Source: Thermoplasmata archaeon (lineage in GTDB: Archaea > Thermoplasmatota > Thermoplasmata > RBG-16-68-12 > JAGMCJ01). Taken from it: 58,353 nt of DNA. Below the pieces are notes generated by a model. The model was not told the DNA's origin, searched no databases, and was given only the letters and a program-made list of their open reading frames with translations. Location of the stretch: the NCBI GenBank assembly GCA_046761005.1, contig JBHIFI010000004.1, positions 1-58,353 on the forward strand. Direction: 5' to 3'. Shown here piece after piece: positions 47,942-58,252 of this stretch (positions are counted from its first letter, which is position 1; each line of letters begins with the position of its first letter). The position numbers were made by a program, and so were the translations under genes.

Positions 47942-50701
47942 ATGAAGTCAACATGTCCACTAATCCTCACCCTGCTACTTCTCCTCATAACCGCCTCAGG
48001 TTCACCTGCCATTACTCCTGAGAGGGAGACAAAGAGCCTCTCCCCCTTGCTCGAACCAGCGTCTTCCCAGCCGGTGGACACAAAGGATGGTGTGACGGAC
48101 TACCATACATACACCGAAGTGGTTGTCGAACTCAATCAGGTAGTTAGTGACCATTCATCCATAGTCGCCCTCACCTCGATAGGCAATACATACCAGGGAA
48201 GAGGCATATGGGCGCTGAAGATATCTGACAATCCACAGATCGAGGAAGATGAGCCAGAGGTCTACTTCAACTGCTTGCATCACGCCAGGGAATGGCTGGC
48301 AACGGAGGTCTGTCTCTACATCATCAAGACACTAACAGGTGGATATGGAGTCAATCAAACGATAACGGATATTGTGGACCAGAGGCAAGTCTGGATAATT
48401 CCCATGGTCAACCCAGATGGAAGAGCCTTTGATGGTGGTGATGACCCCCGGTCTTACACGAATTGGAGAAAAAATCGATCTCCAAACTGGGATGGCACGT
48501 TTGGAACCGATCTAAACAGGAACTATGACTATATGTGGGGCGGGGCGGGAGCCAGCGATCAACCAAGATCGCAAACCTACAGAGGTCCTGGGCCGTTTTC
48601 CGAAACTGAGAGTAGCAGCATAAGGGATTTCGTCGCGCAGCACAACTTCGTTTTTTCCATCTCCTATCACTCCTTTTCCCAGCTCATTCTCTACCCATGG
48701 GGTAATACCGTGAACACCACTGAGGATAATCTCCTCTTTTCCACTCTTGCCAATGAGATGTCGAACAGGATCACGAACAAGGCTGGTTCAGCCCATCCCG
48801 GATACACTCCCCAGAAGGGCAGCGATCTCTACATCACATCGGGAACGGATGATGATTGGCTCTATGCAGAGATGGGAATCTACGCCTTCACAATTGAGTT
48901 GTATCCAGATCAAAGGGATATAAGTCTAGCGCTTTGGCCCCCGTACAACCGCTTTCATCCGAGAGAGGATAAGATACTTCCTGTCTGTGAGGATAACATA
49001 GGAGCCGCGCTCTATCTCCTCGAGATAGCGGATAATCCTTTCCAGGTTATTGATCACGTATCCCTGTCAACGACTGAGGAGAGATCGACAATCCCGAGAG
49101 GGCAATGGGGGAATTTCGATGTCACCGTCCTCAATGACGGAAAGAACGCCGATGTTTATGACTTGACATCTTCTCACATATCCAATTGGCTCATCGCGTT
49201 GGACAAGAATCAAGTGACCCTTTCGCCGAATCGAAGTTCTCAACTGTCCCTGAGCGTCCAAGTCCCCCACTGGGCGGCTCCTGGGAAGCACTATATCTGG
49301 GTGAATGCCACGTCCACAGTTTATCCAGGAGTATCCGATTCCATCAGGCTCGAGGTCAATGTTCCCTATTACCACGATGTCGGTGTAGTTCAGATGGGAT
49401 ATTTTGACCACGGAGAGATCTATCCCATGGGAAACTACTCGTTCACATCGGTCATCGAGAACTCCGGTGAGAGCCCCGAGTTTCCCTTCGACACATCTGT
49501 GGAAATCAGGAGATTAGGACCCCCGATTCCACAGGTGATGCTGACGGAGGGAGCGGAATCAGTGAATCCGTCATGGACCGTCATAGACTATGACGGGACT
49601 GGATCGAACAATGAATGGCATAGGGTATCAACGCAATCTCACAACGGTAGCTACAGCTGGTGGATAGGAAACGACGCCACAGGAAGATACTCCAACAGAG
49701 CCTACCAGATACTGATGTCTCCGCCCTTCAGCCTCGAGGGAGCCACGCGGGCCACCCTCCACTTCTATCAGAAGCTCAAGACGGAGGAAGGCTACGACTT
49801 CGCGGCCATCGATGTCGGGTTGGGCGGTACTTGGAAGGTCCTCGCTAGCTACAGCGGCCCTGTATCCTTCTTTTTCCAGAAATTCACCTTCGATATCTCC
49901 GATTTCATTGACGAGAAAGATATTCAGATTAGGTTCAGATTCTCCTCCGACGAGGGTATCACTGATGCTGGATGGTACCTAGACGACATAGTCGTGATAG
50001 GGGAGTTCCCTCAAGAGGTCGTGATTTATGGACCTGAAATCAGAATAGGCTCGACGATTCTCAACCCTGGCGAGGTTGAGACCATTGACTGGATATACAA
50101 GTTCAGAGAGGGTGGTACCTTCAAAATAGTGGCGCAGACCCTACTGTCCACCGATCAGAACGTAGAGAATAACCAGGCCCATGTAGTCATCGCGATTGAC
50201 CCATCCAAATACAGAATCCCCCTGAAGGAGGGTTGGAATCTCATATCCCTCCCCTTGGTCCCCGCCTCAAACGACCTGTCCACGATTCTTTCGCCCATAT
50301 CAGGGAAATACACTGTTGTGAGATACTACTGCTCAAATTCCATCGCCGACCCATGGAAGGAGTACAGCCCTTGGAAGAGATACTTTGATCTCGGTGAGGC
50401 GAACGAGACTATGGCGCTTTGGATTGAGGCGTCCGAGGATGTGGACTTCGACTTACAGGGAACTGTAGCTCCCGCCACAACGATACGCATGTTCGCAGGC
50501 TGGAACTTCGTCGGATATTCCTCACTCACAGAGAGGAGGGTTTCGGATGCCCTCGCTGGCTTGCCAGTGGTCAAGGTTCAGACGTATGATTCTTCTCCAC
50601 CCTTCTATCTGAGAGAGATGAGCCCCAATGAGTATTTCCGAACAGGATCGGGCTACTGGCTTCTGGTCTCACAAGATGTTGACTGGATTGTCTATCCCTA
50701 G
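47942..50701 (+). CDS. Secreted M14 zinc carboxypeptidase (carboxypeptidase T-like) with Ig-like, MAM-like and C-terminal GWNL-repeat domains
   Basis: Signal peptide; HHAREW, NPDG, WRKNR, DLNRNY, SYHSFS, FTIEL; LKEGWNLISLP..GWNFVGY..GYW tail. Confidence 0.92.
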   Translation: MKSTCPLILTLLLLLITASGSPAITPERETKSLSPLLEPASSQPVDTKDGVTDYHTYTEVVVELNQVVSDHSSIVALTSIGNTYQGRGIWALKISDNPQIEEDEPEVYFNCLHHAREWLATEVCLYIIKTLTGGYGVNQTITDIVDQRQVWIIPMVNPDGRAFDGGDDPRSYTNWRKNRSPNWDGTFGTDLNRNYDYMWGGAGASDQPRSQTYRGPGPFSETESSSIRDFVAQHNFVFSISYHSFSQLILYPWGNTVNTTEDNLLFSTLANEMSNRITNKAGSAHPGYTPQKGSDLYITSGTDDDWLYAEMGIYAFTIELYPDQRDISLALWPPYNRFHPREDKILPVCEDNIGAALYLLEIADNPFQVIDHVSLSTTEERSTIPRGQWGNFDVTVLNDGKNADVYDLTSSHISNWLIALDKNQVTLSPNRSSQLSLSVQVPHWAAPGKHYIWVNATSTVYPGVSDSIRLEVNVPYYHDVGVVQMGYFDHGEIYPMGNYSFTSVIENSGESPEFPFDTSVEIRRLGPPIPQVMLTEGAESVNPSWTVIDYDGTGSNNEWHRVSTQSHNGSYSWWIGNDATGRYSNRAYQILMSPPFSLEGATRATLHFYQKLKTEEGYDFAAIDVGLGGTWKVLASYSGPVSFFFQKFTFDISDFIDEKDIQIRFRFSSDEGITDAGWYLDDIVVIGEFPQEVVIYGPEIRIGSTILNPGEVETIDWIYKFREGGTFKIVAQTLLSTDQNVENNQAHVVIAIDPSKYRIPLKEGWNLISLPLVPASNDLSTILSPISGKYTVVRYYCSNSIADPWKEYSPWKRYFDLGEANETMALWIEASEDVDFDLQGTVAPATTIRMFAGWNFVGYSSLTERRVSDALAGLPVVKVQTYDSSPPFYLREMSPNEYFRTGSGYWLLVSQDVDWIVYP

Positions 50702-50850
50702 GTCCATTCACTCCGGACAGATGCTGTTGAGGCTCTCAAAAAGGAGTTCTGAGTGCCCCCAGATTCCACTCGAAGGGGACTTGGCGCTGATGAGCTGAAA
50801 AACCACATTGCCAATACGAAGAGTTGGATACCTCAAAGAGAGGAGCGAAA

Positions 50851-50923
50851 TGGGCCCGCCCAGATTTGAACTGGAGTCACTAGGTCCCGAACCTAGAAGG
50901 ATACCAAGCTACCCCACGGGCCC
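50851..50923 (-). tRNA. tRNA-Pro(CGG)
   Basis: GGGCCCG/CGGGCCC acceptor, CTAGG-TTCGGGA-CCTAG anticodon arm, AGTTCAAATCT T-arm. Confidence 0.96.
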
Positions 50924-51153
50924 TCTTTATCTGTATTCCTTTTCAGCATTTTATTCTTTCTTGGCTCTCATTCTCGATTGGGAGAAACAATGGGCATTCT
51001 TTCCGAACTGGCGAGTGGCGGAATAGAGTTGTTCTTTGCGTTACAAGAGACACCAGACGCCTATTGGGTAAGTCTTGGCGGTAGAAGGAGTTCGTTGATT
51101 GCCGATGGTTATTTCGACAATCTTATATAGGGGGATATTCTACCCACCTCCCA

Positions 51154-51831
51154 ATGAGGAGCGGGCTGCGAGAACGGGTCGCTGCCGACATAACTCTGAG
51201 TGATGAGCCTGGTAGAACGATGAGAAAGTGGCGAGAAGAGATGGGTGTCTCCCAATTCAACCTGTCCAAGGAGATGAATGTCTCTCCCTCGGTGATCAGC
51301 GACTACGAATCAGGAAGGAGGTCTTCTCCCGGCATCAAAACGGTTAGACGCATCGTCGATGCCCTGATGAGGCTGGATGAACTCTCAGGAGGAAAATTTT
51401 CAAAGAAGTTCGAGGGTGATGATAACGAAGGCATATTGAGCATCAGGGAGTTTCCAGTGGGAATTCCTGCAGACATATTTGTCAGGGAGATCGAGGGTGC
51501 CAGCCTGGCAGAGAAGGCACCTCCCATCAACAACGTCAATGGTTACACTATTCTGGACAGTTTGAAAGCAATAACACAAATGGGCTCATCGGACTATCAC
51601 AAGATATACGGATGGAGTAGCCAGAGGGCTCTCATATTCGTTGGTGTTAAGTTCGGAAGATCTCCGATGGTGGCTGTCAGAGCCCATCCGCTCAAGCCAG
51701 CAATGGTCGTCTATGTTAGACCCGAGAGGGTCGACTCACTTGCCATAAAGCTCGCAGAACTCGAGAAGGTCTGCCTCGTTAGAACCGATCTTGAGGTTCC
51801 GAAACTCGTGGAAAGACTTGCAGGGTTGTGA
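51154..51831 (+). CDS. XRE-type HTH transcriptional regulator (COG1709-like)
   Basis: ITLS..PG.TMRKWRE...SQ..L.....[17 protein letters not shown]; [18 protein letters not shown]. Confidence 0.9.
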   Translation: MRSGLRERVAADITLSDEPGRTMRKWREEMGVSQFNLSKEMNVSPSVISDYESGRRSSPGIKTVRRIVDALMRLDELSGGKFSKKFEGDDNEGILSIREFPVGIPADIFVREIEGASLAEKAPPINNVNGYTILDSLKAITQMGSSDYHKIYGWSSQRALIFVGVKFGRSPMVAVRAHPLKPAMVVYVRPERVDSLAIKLAELEKVCLVRTDLEVPKLVERLAGL

Positions 51832-51835
51832 TATA

Positions 51836-52891
51836 TTGGAAGTTGGAATAGTCAGTTATGGAGGCTACGTTCCGAGGTGGCGTATTACACCTGTCGAAAT
51901 AGGAAAGGTTTGGGGAACAGATGGCGAGGCCATCAGCCGCGGACTGAACATAAAGAGCAAGTCCGTCCCTGCACCTGATGAGGATGTAACAACCATGTCC
52001 GTCGAGGCCGCCAGGAACCTCATGAAGAGATGCAACATCAACCCCAAGGAAATCGGAGCTATATATGTAGGTTCCGAATCGCATCCATACGCTGTAAAGC
52101 CAACTGCAACGATAGTCGCGGAGGCTATCGAGGCCTCACCTCATCTGACAGCAGCGGACTATGAGTTCGCATGCAAGGCCGGAACAGCAGCTATACAGAC
52201 ATGTATGGGTCTCGTCGCCTCAGGTATGATGAAGTATGGAATGGCCATCGGAACAGACACGTCTCAAGGTGCTCCAGGCGATGCTCTGGAGTATTCTGCC
52301 TCTGCAGGTGGCGCGGCCTTCCTCATTGGAACAGAGAATATATCAGCAAGAATAAACGAGACGTATTCCTATACGACAGATACCCCTGACTTCTGGAGGA
52401 GGGAAGGGCAACTGTACCCCAAACACGGAGGGAGGTTCACTGGGGAACCCGCTTACTTCAAACACGTCCTGACCTGCGGCGAGAATCTCATGGAAATTGC
52501 TGGGACGACTTCCGATGATTACGACCACGTGGTCTTTCATCAGCCGAACGGGAAGTTTCCGCTTAAGGCAGCAAAGAAGCTGGGCTTCAGCAGGGAGCAA
52601 ACGACGACAGGTCTCCTCTCCCCCGTAATAGGGAACACTTATTCTGCAGCTGTTCTCCTTGGTCTCGCAGCGATTCTCGATGTCTCAGAACCAGGAGTCC
52701 GGATATTGGCGATTGCTTATGGTTCAGGTGCCGGGTCAGATGGTTTTGATATCACCGTCAAAGAAAGGATAAAGGAGCTCAGAAATGACCCCTACCTTTT
52801 CGTGGACAATATGATATCGAGCGGGAAGTTCATTGACTATGCAACGTACGCTAAGTTCAGAGGCAAGATAGTACTGGCGGAGGGTGCCTGA
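51836..52891 (+). CDS. Hydroxymethylglutaryl-CoA synthase (archaeal)
   Basis: [60 protein letters not shown]. Confidence 0.96.
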   Translation: MEVGIVSYGGYVPRWRITPVEIGKVWGTDGEAISRGLNIKSKSVPAPDEDVTTMSVEAARNLMKRCNINPKEIGAIYVGSESHPYAVKPTATIVAEAIEASPHLTAADYEFACKAGTAAIQTCMGLVASGMMKYGMAIGTDTSQGAPGDALEYSASAGGAAFLIGTENISARINETYSYTTDTPDFWRREGQLYPKHGGRFTGEPAYFKHVLTCGENLMEIAGTTSDDYDHVVFHQPNGKFPLKAAKKLGFSREQTTTGLLSPVIGNTYSAAVLLGLAAILDVSEPGVRILAIAYGSGAGSDGFDITVKERIKELRNDPYLFVDNMISSGKFIDYATYAKFRGKIVLAEGA

Positions 52892-54060
52892 TGCGAGATG
52901 TAGCTATCATCGGAATAGGTGAGACGGAGTTCGGGGAACTCTGGTACAAATCCTTTAGGGAGATAGGCATAGAGGCCGGACTCAAAGCGATAGAGGATGC
53001 GGGGATAACTAGTCAGCAAATCGATGCCCTCTATGTGGGAAACATGTCAGCAGGGAAGTTCATAGAGCAGGAGCATATCGCCCCCCTCGTCGCAGACTAC
53101 TCCGGACTAGCAAATTTGCACCTTCCATCGGTTCGGGTTGAGGCCGCGGGAGCCTCGGGAGGCGTGGCACTAGCCACAGGGTATATGGCGGTTGCCTCGG
53201 GCATGTACAACATCGTCGTCGTTGGAGGTGCTGAGAAGATGACGGATGTTGGGGACGCACAGGCACTCCAAATCCTCTCAGCAACTGCGGACCAGGAATG
53301 GGAGTCTGTCTTCGGTGCGACTTTCCCAAGCTTATATGCGATGATGGCCCGCAGGCATATGCACGTCTACGGAACGACAAGGGAACAGCTTGCTGCGGTC
53401 GCTGTCAAGAATCACAGGAATGGGGCCATGAATCCCAATGCACAATACAAGAGGGAGATATCAATGGAAATGGTTCTCAATGCTCCTCCGGTCGCCAGTC
53501 CCCTTGGGATGTTCGACTGCGCACCTCTATCAGATGGAGCTGCGGCTGTTGTCCTCTGTCCTGTAGAGAAAGCCAAGAAGTTTACGGACACCCCGATCAG
53601 GATCGTTGGCTCCGGAATCGCAACGGATACGCTTGCGCTCCACAGCAGGAGAGATATTTGCACGATGGATGCCACGGTAATTGCAGGCAAGAAGGCCTTC
53701 CATCAGGCGAAGAAGACACCTAATGAAATAGATGTTGCAGAGATCCACGATAACTTCACGATTGCGGAAATCATGGCTATCGAGGATTTGAGGTTCTTCA
53801 AGAAGGGAAAGGGTGGTGAGGCTACTGAAGAGGGTATGACTGCCCTCAACGGAGAGATATCTGTGAATACCTCAGGCGGGCTGAAGGCGAGGGGGCAGCC
53901 CGTTGGTGCAACGGGCGTTGCCCAAGCCATCGAAATCGTTCGACAACTTAGAGGAGAGGCGGAGAAACGCCAAGTTGATAATGCAACCTTGGGCTTGGCC
54001 CATAATGTAGGAGGAACGGGAGCGACCGCTGTTGTTCATATATTCGAAAGGGGTGATTGA
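52891..54060 (+). CDS. Acetoacetyl-CoA thiolase (archaeal, SCP2-type)
   Basis: [56 protein letters not shown]; located between HMGS and DUF35. Confidence 0.93.
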   Translation: MRDVAIIGIGETEFGELWYKSFREIGIEAGLKAIEDAGITSQQIDALYVGNMSAGKFIEQEHIAPLVADYSGLANLHLPSVRVEAAGASGGVALATGYMAVASGMYNIVVVGGAEKMTDVGDAQALQILSATADQEWESVFGATFPSLYAMMARRHMHVYGTTREQLAAVAVKNHRNGAMNPNAQYKREISMEMVLNAPPVASPLGMFDCAPLSDGAAAVVLCPVEKAKKFTDTPIRIVGSGIATDTLALHSRRDICTMDATVIAGKKAFHQAKKTPNEIDVAEIHDNFTIAEIMAIEDLRFFKKGKGGEATEEGMTALNGEISVNTSGGLKARGQPVGATGVAQAIEIVRQLRGEAEKRQVDNATLGLAHNVGGTGATAVVHIFERGD

Positions 54061-54519
54061 TTGGCTATTCCTAGGTTCTGGCGGGAGACGCCCAGCAGAT
54101 ATAACCTCTTCGCATCAAGGTGCGGAAACTGCGGGAAGATCTATTTTCCCCCACGATCCGTTTGTCCAAGTTGCCACAGGAGAAGCATAGGCAGGATGGA
54201 ATCTATCAAGCTGTGTGGTACGGGAAAGGTCGTTTCCTATTCGGTAGTTCACGATGCTCCAGAGGACTTTGAGATGCAGAAACCATATATCATTGCAATA
54301 GTGGAAATGAAGGACGGAGCTAGACTCACCGCACCTATCATAGACTGCGATGAATGCGACATTAAGATAGGGATGGAAGTTGAGGCGACTTTCCGAAAGC
54401 TCGGCGAGGAGGGGAAGGCGGGAGTAATACACTACGGGTACAAGTTCAGGCCCACAAATGAGTCCCTCCCGAAAAGTGATCTTCCCGAGGACAATGTACG
54501 ATCCAATAGAAAGGAGTGA
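54061..54519 (+). CDS. DUF35 Zn-ribbon/OB-fold scaffold protein
   Basis: PRFWRE..RY.L...CGNCG..YFPPR.VCPSC, FRKL....G.IHYGYKF. Confidence 0.95.
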   Translation: MAIPRFWRETPSRYNLFASRCGNCGKIYFPPRSVCPSCHRRSIGRMESIKLCGTGKVVSYSVVHDAPEDFEMQKPYIIAIVEMKDGARLTAPIIDCDECDIKIGMEVEATFRKLGEEGKAGVIHYGYKFRPTNESLPKSDLPEDNVRSNRKE

Positions 54520-55240
54520 ACGCATCGAAAAGGATGTCTGCCAGGGCATTCGCAGGAAATACTATCGCTTCAGGCCGGCGAAGTGGTACGGCGGGATCGT
54601 GACGGGCGATGTCGTGGGATGCAATCTTCTCTGTCTTTTCTGCTGGGCGGGAGACGGAATATGGGGACACACGAAGAAAGTGGGAGAGTTCTATGATGCA
54701 GAACAGGTCCTTCATAAGATGAAAAGAATCTCCGAGAAGACGGGATACACGCTTTGGCGGCTCAGCGGGCAGGAGCCAACCATCGGAAAGGAACACCTCC
54801 TCTCCCTTCTTGAGCTTGTAGACCAGACCAACTACAATTTCATTCTTGAAACAAACGGAATCCTCATCGATCGCTCATACGCGGATAATTTGGCAGCATT
54901 TGGGAATCTGCACGTACGGGTCTCCCTCAAAGGGTGCAGTGAGGAAGAATTCACCAGACTTACAGGTGCGAATAGGGGATTTGAGCTTCAGCTGAATGCA
55001 TTATCCAATCTGATGCAGGCGGGGGTATCCTGCCACCCCTCTATAATGAGCTCCTTCTCAGACGAGGATGAATTCTCCCGCTTGAGGGACAGGCTTGCAT
55101 CAATTCATCCTTCTTTCCCTCGGGACCTCGAAATTGAGGAGCTCATCCTTTATCCGCATGTGAAAAGAAGGCTGAAGGGCGCCTCGGTTCGGTTGAGCAA
55201 GAATCGTGGAGTTAATTGCGCACCAGAGGACCTAGCCTGA
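54494..55240 (+). CDS. Radical SAM protein of unknown function
   Basis: RKYYRFR...YGGI.T.D.VGCNLLCLFCW, RLSG.EPT, FILETNG, VRVSLKG. Confidence 0.9.
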   Translation: MYDPIERSERIEKDVCQGIRRKYYRFRPAKWYGGIVTGDVVGCNLLCLFCWAGDGIWGHTKKVGEFYDAEQVLHKMKRISEKTGYTLWRLSGQEPTIGKEHLLSLLELVDQTNYNFILETNGILIDRSYADNLAAFGNLHVRVSLKGCSEEEFTRLTGANRGFELQLNALSNLMQAGVSCHPSIMSSFSDEDEFSRLRDRLASIHPSFPRDLEIEELILYPHVKRRLKGASVRLSKNRGVNCAPEDLA

Positions 55241-55289
55241 GTCATAAACTAGAAATACGATGACTCTGTATATCTGGAAGTTGAGCATC

Positions 55290-55565
55290 ATGGACATCAA
55301 GCTTCTAGACCTGAAGAAGACTCTGATGAGAATCGAGATATCAGACTCCGATGAGACGATAATCTTTCCACTTTTGAGCCAGCTTCTCAAGGACAAGGAT
55401 GTTTCTGACGCGAGGTATATCCCAGGTCATCCACAGCTTGACAGACCCCAGATCTTCCTAAGAGTGAAAAAGGGAAGACCGCAAACTGTTTTTCGGCGGT
55501 CGGCGAGGCAGCTCTCCAAGAAGTTCGACGAGTGCAAGACTCTTCTTGAAAAGGAATTCAAATGA
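55290..55565 (+). CDS. rpoL: RNA polymerase subunit Rpo11 (L)
   Basis: IEI...DET...L...LL.D.DV..ARY..GHP.LD.P; size fits. Confidence 0.8.
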   Translation: MDIKLLDLKKTLMRIEISDSDETIIFPLLSQLLKDKDVSDARYIPGHPQLDRPQIFLRVKKGRPQTVFRRSARQLSKKFDECKTLLEKEFK

Positions 55566-55575
55566 TGTGTTCTTG

Positions 55576-56856
55576 ATGGAAGAGATTCTGGGAATCGAGG
55601 CTTCCCTCACAGAGGCCCCTGGAATCGGCGGGAAGCTTAGGATAAGACCAGAGGATTTCATCGTCGAAGAGGTATCAATTCCCTTGACAAAGGCGAAAGA
55701 TGGACGCTACACAGTCGCAAAGATTAGGGCGAGAAACTGGGAAACCAACAGATTAGTCAGGATCCTCGCAAGAACTCTGAGAATCAGCAGAAGAAGAATA
55801 AGATTCGCGGGAACGAAGGATAAGAGGGCGGTAACCACTCAGCTCGTTCAATTCGACAGTCCGCCTGAAATGCTGGGAAATCTGAACATAAAGGATATTG
55901 AGATTCTGGATGTCTTTCAAACGGACAAGAGAATCGATCTTGGCAACCTTTTGGGAAACAGGTTTCGCGTTAGAATCGGTAACATAAAGCTCTCCAGATC
56001 AGAAACGCTCGAGAGAGTATCGAGAATCACACATTCTATAATTGAGATCGGAGGATTTCCTAATTTCTTCGGAGTCCAGCGGTTTGGCGCGGCAAGACCT
56101 ATTACCCACGTCATAGGAAGGAAAATATGCAGGGATGATTTTGAGGGAGCGGTTCTGTCATATCTTGGACATCCATTTCCAACCGAATCGGATGACGTTC
56201 AGGAAGCAAGAAGACTCCTTGACAATAGCCACGATTTCTCCGGGGCACTAAAGGCCTTTCCAAAGAACCTGTCATTTGAAAGGGCAATTCTGAACCATCT
56301 GGTCAAGAACCCCGAGGACTTTGTAGGTGCGATATTGAGCCTCCCGCCAAATCTCCAGATGATGTTTGTTCACGCATATCAGTCCTATCTTTTCAACAAG
56401 ATTCTCAGCAAGAGGTTGAGGAGGAGTCTCCCACTCCACGAGCCCATTCTAGGTGACTTGATTCTCCCTGCCAAGAACGACGGACTTCCGGACAGAAGGA
56501 GACCAGTGCTCGTCAACGAGGGAAACATCACCAAAGCTGCTAGAAGAGTCCAGGAGGGAAAGGCTTTCGTTAGCGGACTAATTCTGGGAACCAATCCGCA
56601 TTATGCTGACGGGGAAATGGGCGAGATCGAGACATCCGTCATTGAGAGGGAGGGGGTGAAGCCCCAAGATTTCCTTGTACCAAAGATACCGAGAATCTCA
56701 TCGAAGGGCTCGCGTAGGGAGATTCTTGGGCCGCTCAAGGACTTCGAGTTCTATGTCGGAGAAGATTTCGTCAAGGCATCCTTTGAACTCATTCCAGGAA
56801 GCTATGCCACATCCTTGCTGAGGGAATTCATGAAAACCGACATGATGAGCTACTAA
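55576..56856 (+). CDS. truD: tRNA pseudouridine(13) synthase TruD
   Basis: PEDFIVEE, AGTKDKRAVT.Q, GNLLGNRF, PNFFGVQRFG, HAYQSYLFN, GSYAT.LLREFMK. Confidence 0.96.
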   Translation: MEEILGIEASLTEAPGIGGKLRIRPEDFIVEEVSIPLTKAKDGRYTVAKIRARNWETNRLVRILARTLRISRRRIRFAGTKDKRAVTTQLVQFDSPPEMLGNLNIKDIEILDVFQTDKRIDLGNLLGNRFRVRIGNIKLSRSETLERVSRITHSIIEIGGFPNFFGVQRFGAARPITHVIGRKICRDDFEGAVLSYLGHPFPTESDDVQEARRLLDNSHDFSGALKAFPKNLSFERAILNHLVKNPEDFVGAILSLPPNLQMMFVHAYQSYLFNKILSKRLRRSLPLHEPILGDLILPAKNDGLPDRRRPVLVNEGNITKAARRVQEGKAFVSGLILGTNPHYADGEMGEIETSVIEREGVKPQDFLVPKIPRISSKGSRREILGPLKDFEFYVGEDFVKASFELIPGSYATSLLREFMKTDMMSY

Positions 56857-56933
56857 TAGCCTCGGGATTCAAGGTCCAGTACGCAAAGAGGATTCGGATA
56901 GAAGTAAGAACGTCCAATCAACCGAAAGTCGCG

Positions 56934-57995
56934 CTATACCATTCCCCAACTGTGCTCACAATTCCCTACGAAACGACCTAGATCTGAAAGCGTCCTTCTC
57001 TTGAACCCACACTTGAAGTCGAACTTCACGACATTGACGGGATATTCATTGTAGTACAGGTATGTGCAAAAGAACCTCAGAAAGGGCTGCTTCACCTTCC
57101 AATGGGCTCGAGAATAGGCCTTCATGACCATCTCTATGCTTCTGTCCTCCTCACGTCCCCGAAGAGTGAATACGGGAAGGTCGTTCTCATACCTTTTGGA
57201 CATCGCTATGTTCTTGATCTTATGAAAATCCCCGTAGGAAGAGTCATAGAACTGCCAACTTCTTGAGAGCGGCCATTCACCCCAGTCGAGTCTGCTGTTG
57301 TGTCCTAGAGACCTGCGGAAAGCGGGCGGGCCTATATGGGGGATGAAATAGTCGACGTAACAACCGGAATCGGTGTGAAAGACGCCCCAGTACCAAGGCG
57401 ACGTGGGGCTGTTTATCCTCACCTTCTGGAAGTAGGCGGTCCCCTCCTCTTCGGTTTCGATATCATCAATCCTGATTCTGCCGGTCACCTGCGTCCCTCT
57501 GATCTTGTGCATCAGATAACCCAAATCCGCGAAGTAGCGTTTCCCAGTTGGCTCTATCCTAGACATGAAGGGTGTCCAAGGCACCATCTTCATCTCTATC
57601 TCCACATCAGGTCTTCTGATCGTGACCAGATGATCCTCACCCTTTCTGGCAAAGCTGTAGGTATTATCATTCTTGAGAACAAGCTCACCCTCGTTTTCAT
57701 TCCACCTCGAAGTCGTCCTTCCCTGATCGATGAAGAGAGGCTCCCTCATTCTCCTTCCGTCAAAAAACCATGAGGCGCACAGTCCATAGAAAGTGAGATG
57801 ATTTCCCTCGCGTTGGATTGCCAACCTGTTCAGCCACGGAACATCATTAACTTCAACAATCCTTGTGTTCCTCGTTCCCAAGAGAATCATTAGCTGTTTT
57901 GTTCTTTCCGGATTTTCCCGATTCTTGAGGAAGAATATGTGCCACCACCACCACCATGTCCGGTTCTTCAGCTCGCCTATTCTATCAATATCCAT
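56934..57995 (-). CDS. Hypothetical aromatic-rich beta protein (tocopherol cyclase/CrtC-like fold, inferred)
   Basis: TWWWWWHIFF near the N-terminus, G.I.I.....EGTAYFQKV, PWYWG.FH, C-terminal GNCEHSWG. Confidence 0.7.
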   Translation of the reverse strand: MDIDRIGELKNRTWWWWWHIFFLKNRENPERTKQLMILLGTRNTRIVEVNDVPWLNRLAIQREGNHLTFYGLCASWFFDGRRMREPLFIDQGRTTSRWNENEGELVLKNDNTYSFARKGEDHLVTIRRPDVEIEMKMVPWTPFMSRIEPTGKRYFADLGYLMHKIRGTQVTGRIRIDDIETEEEGTAYFQKVRINSPTSPWYWGVFHTDSGCYVDYFIPHIGPPAFRRSLGHNSRLDWGEWPLSRSWQFYDSSYGDFHKIKNIAMSKRYENDLPVFTLRGREEDRSIEMVMKAYSRAHWKVKQPFLRFFCTYLYYNEYPVNVVKFDFKCGFKRRTLSDLGRFVGNCEHSWGMV

Positions 57996-58161
57996 TATCC
58001 TCGAGAAGCTCACGTTAGTGGCAAGAATGGTATGATATAAATTTGTTCCCGCTGTCTCCACCAGACTTCGAAAACCATCCCTCGAGGGAAAAAAGCGCAT
58101 ATCGACAATGCAGTATCGCTCCAGACGAAATCTGGCGGGTAGGATTAGGACTCAAGGTTCA

Positions 58162-58252
58162 TGGACTCAGCGGGATTTGAACCCGCGACCTCCACCTGTT
58201 TCGCTCAAGAGAGATGCGAAGGTGGCGATCTTCCAGACTGATCTATGAGCCC
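58162..58252 (-). tRNA. tRNA-Ala(CGC) with a 17-nt intron at 37/38 (58198-58214)
   Basis: GGGCTCA/TGAGTCC acceptor with G3:U70; CCACC-TTCGCA-[TCTCTCTTGAGCGAAAC]-A-GGTGG forming a canonical bulge-helix-bulge. Confidence 0.96.

Noticed and set aside
41996-58252. Integrated element bounded by tRNA genes
   Set aside because: Intervening genes are housekeeping, and no integrase or duplicated tRNA 3' end was seen.
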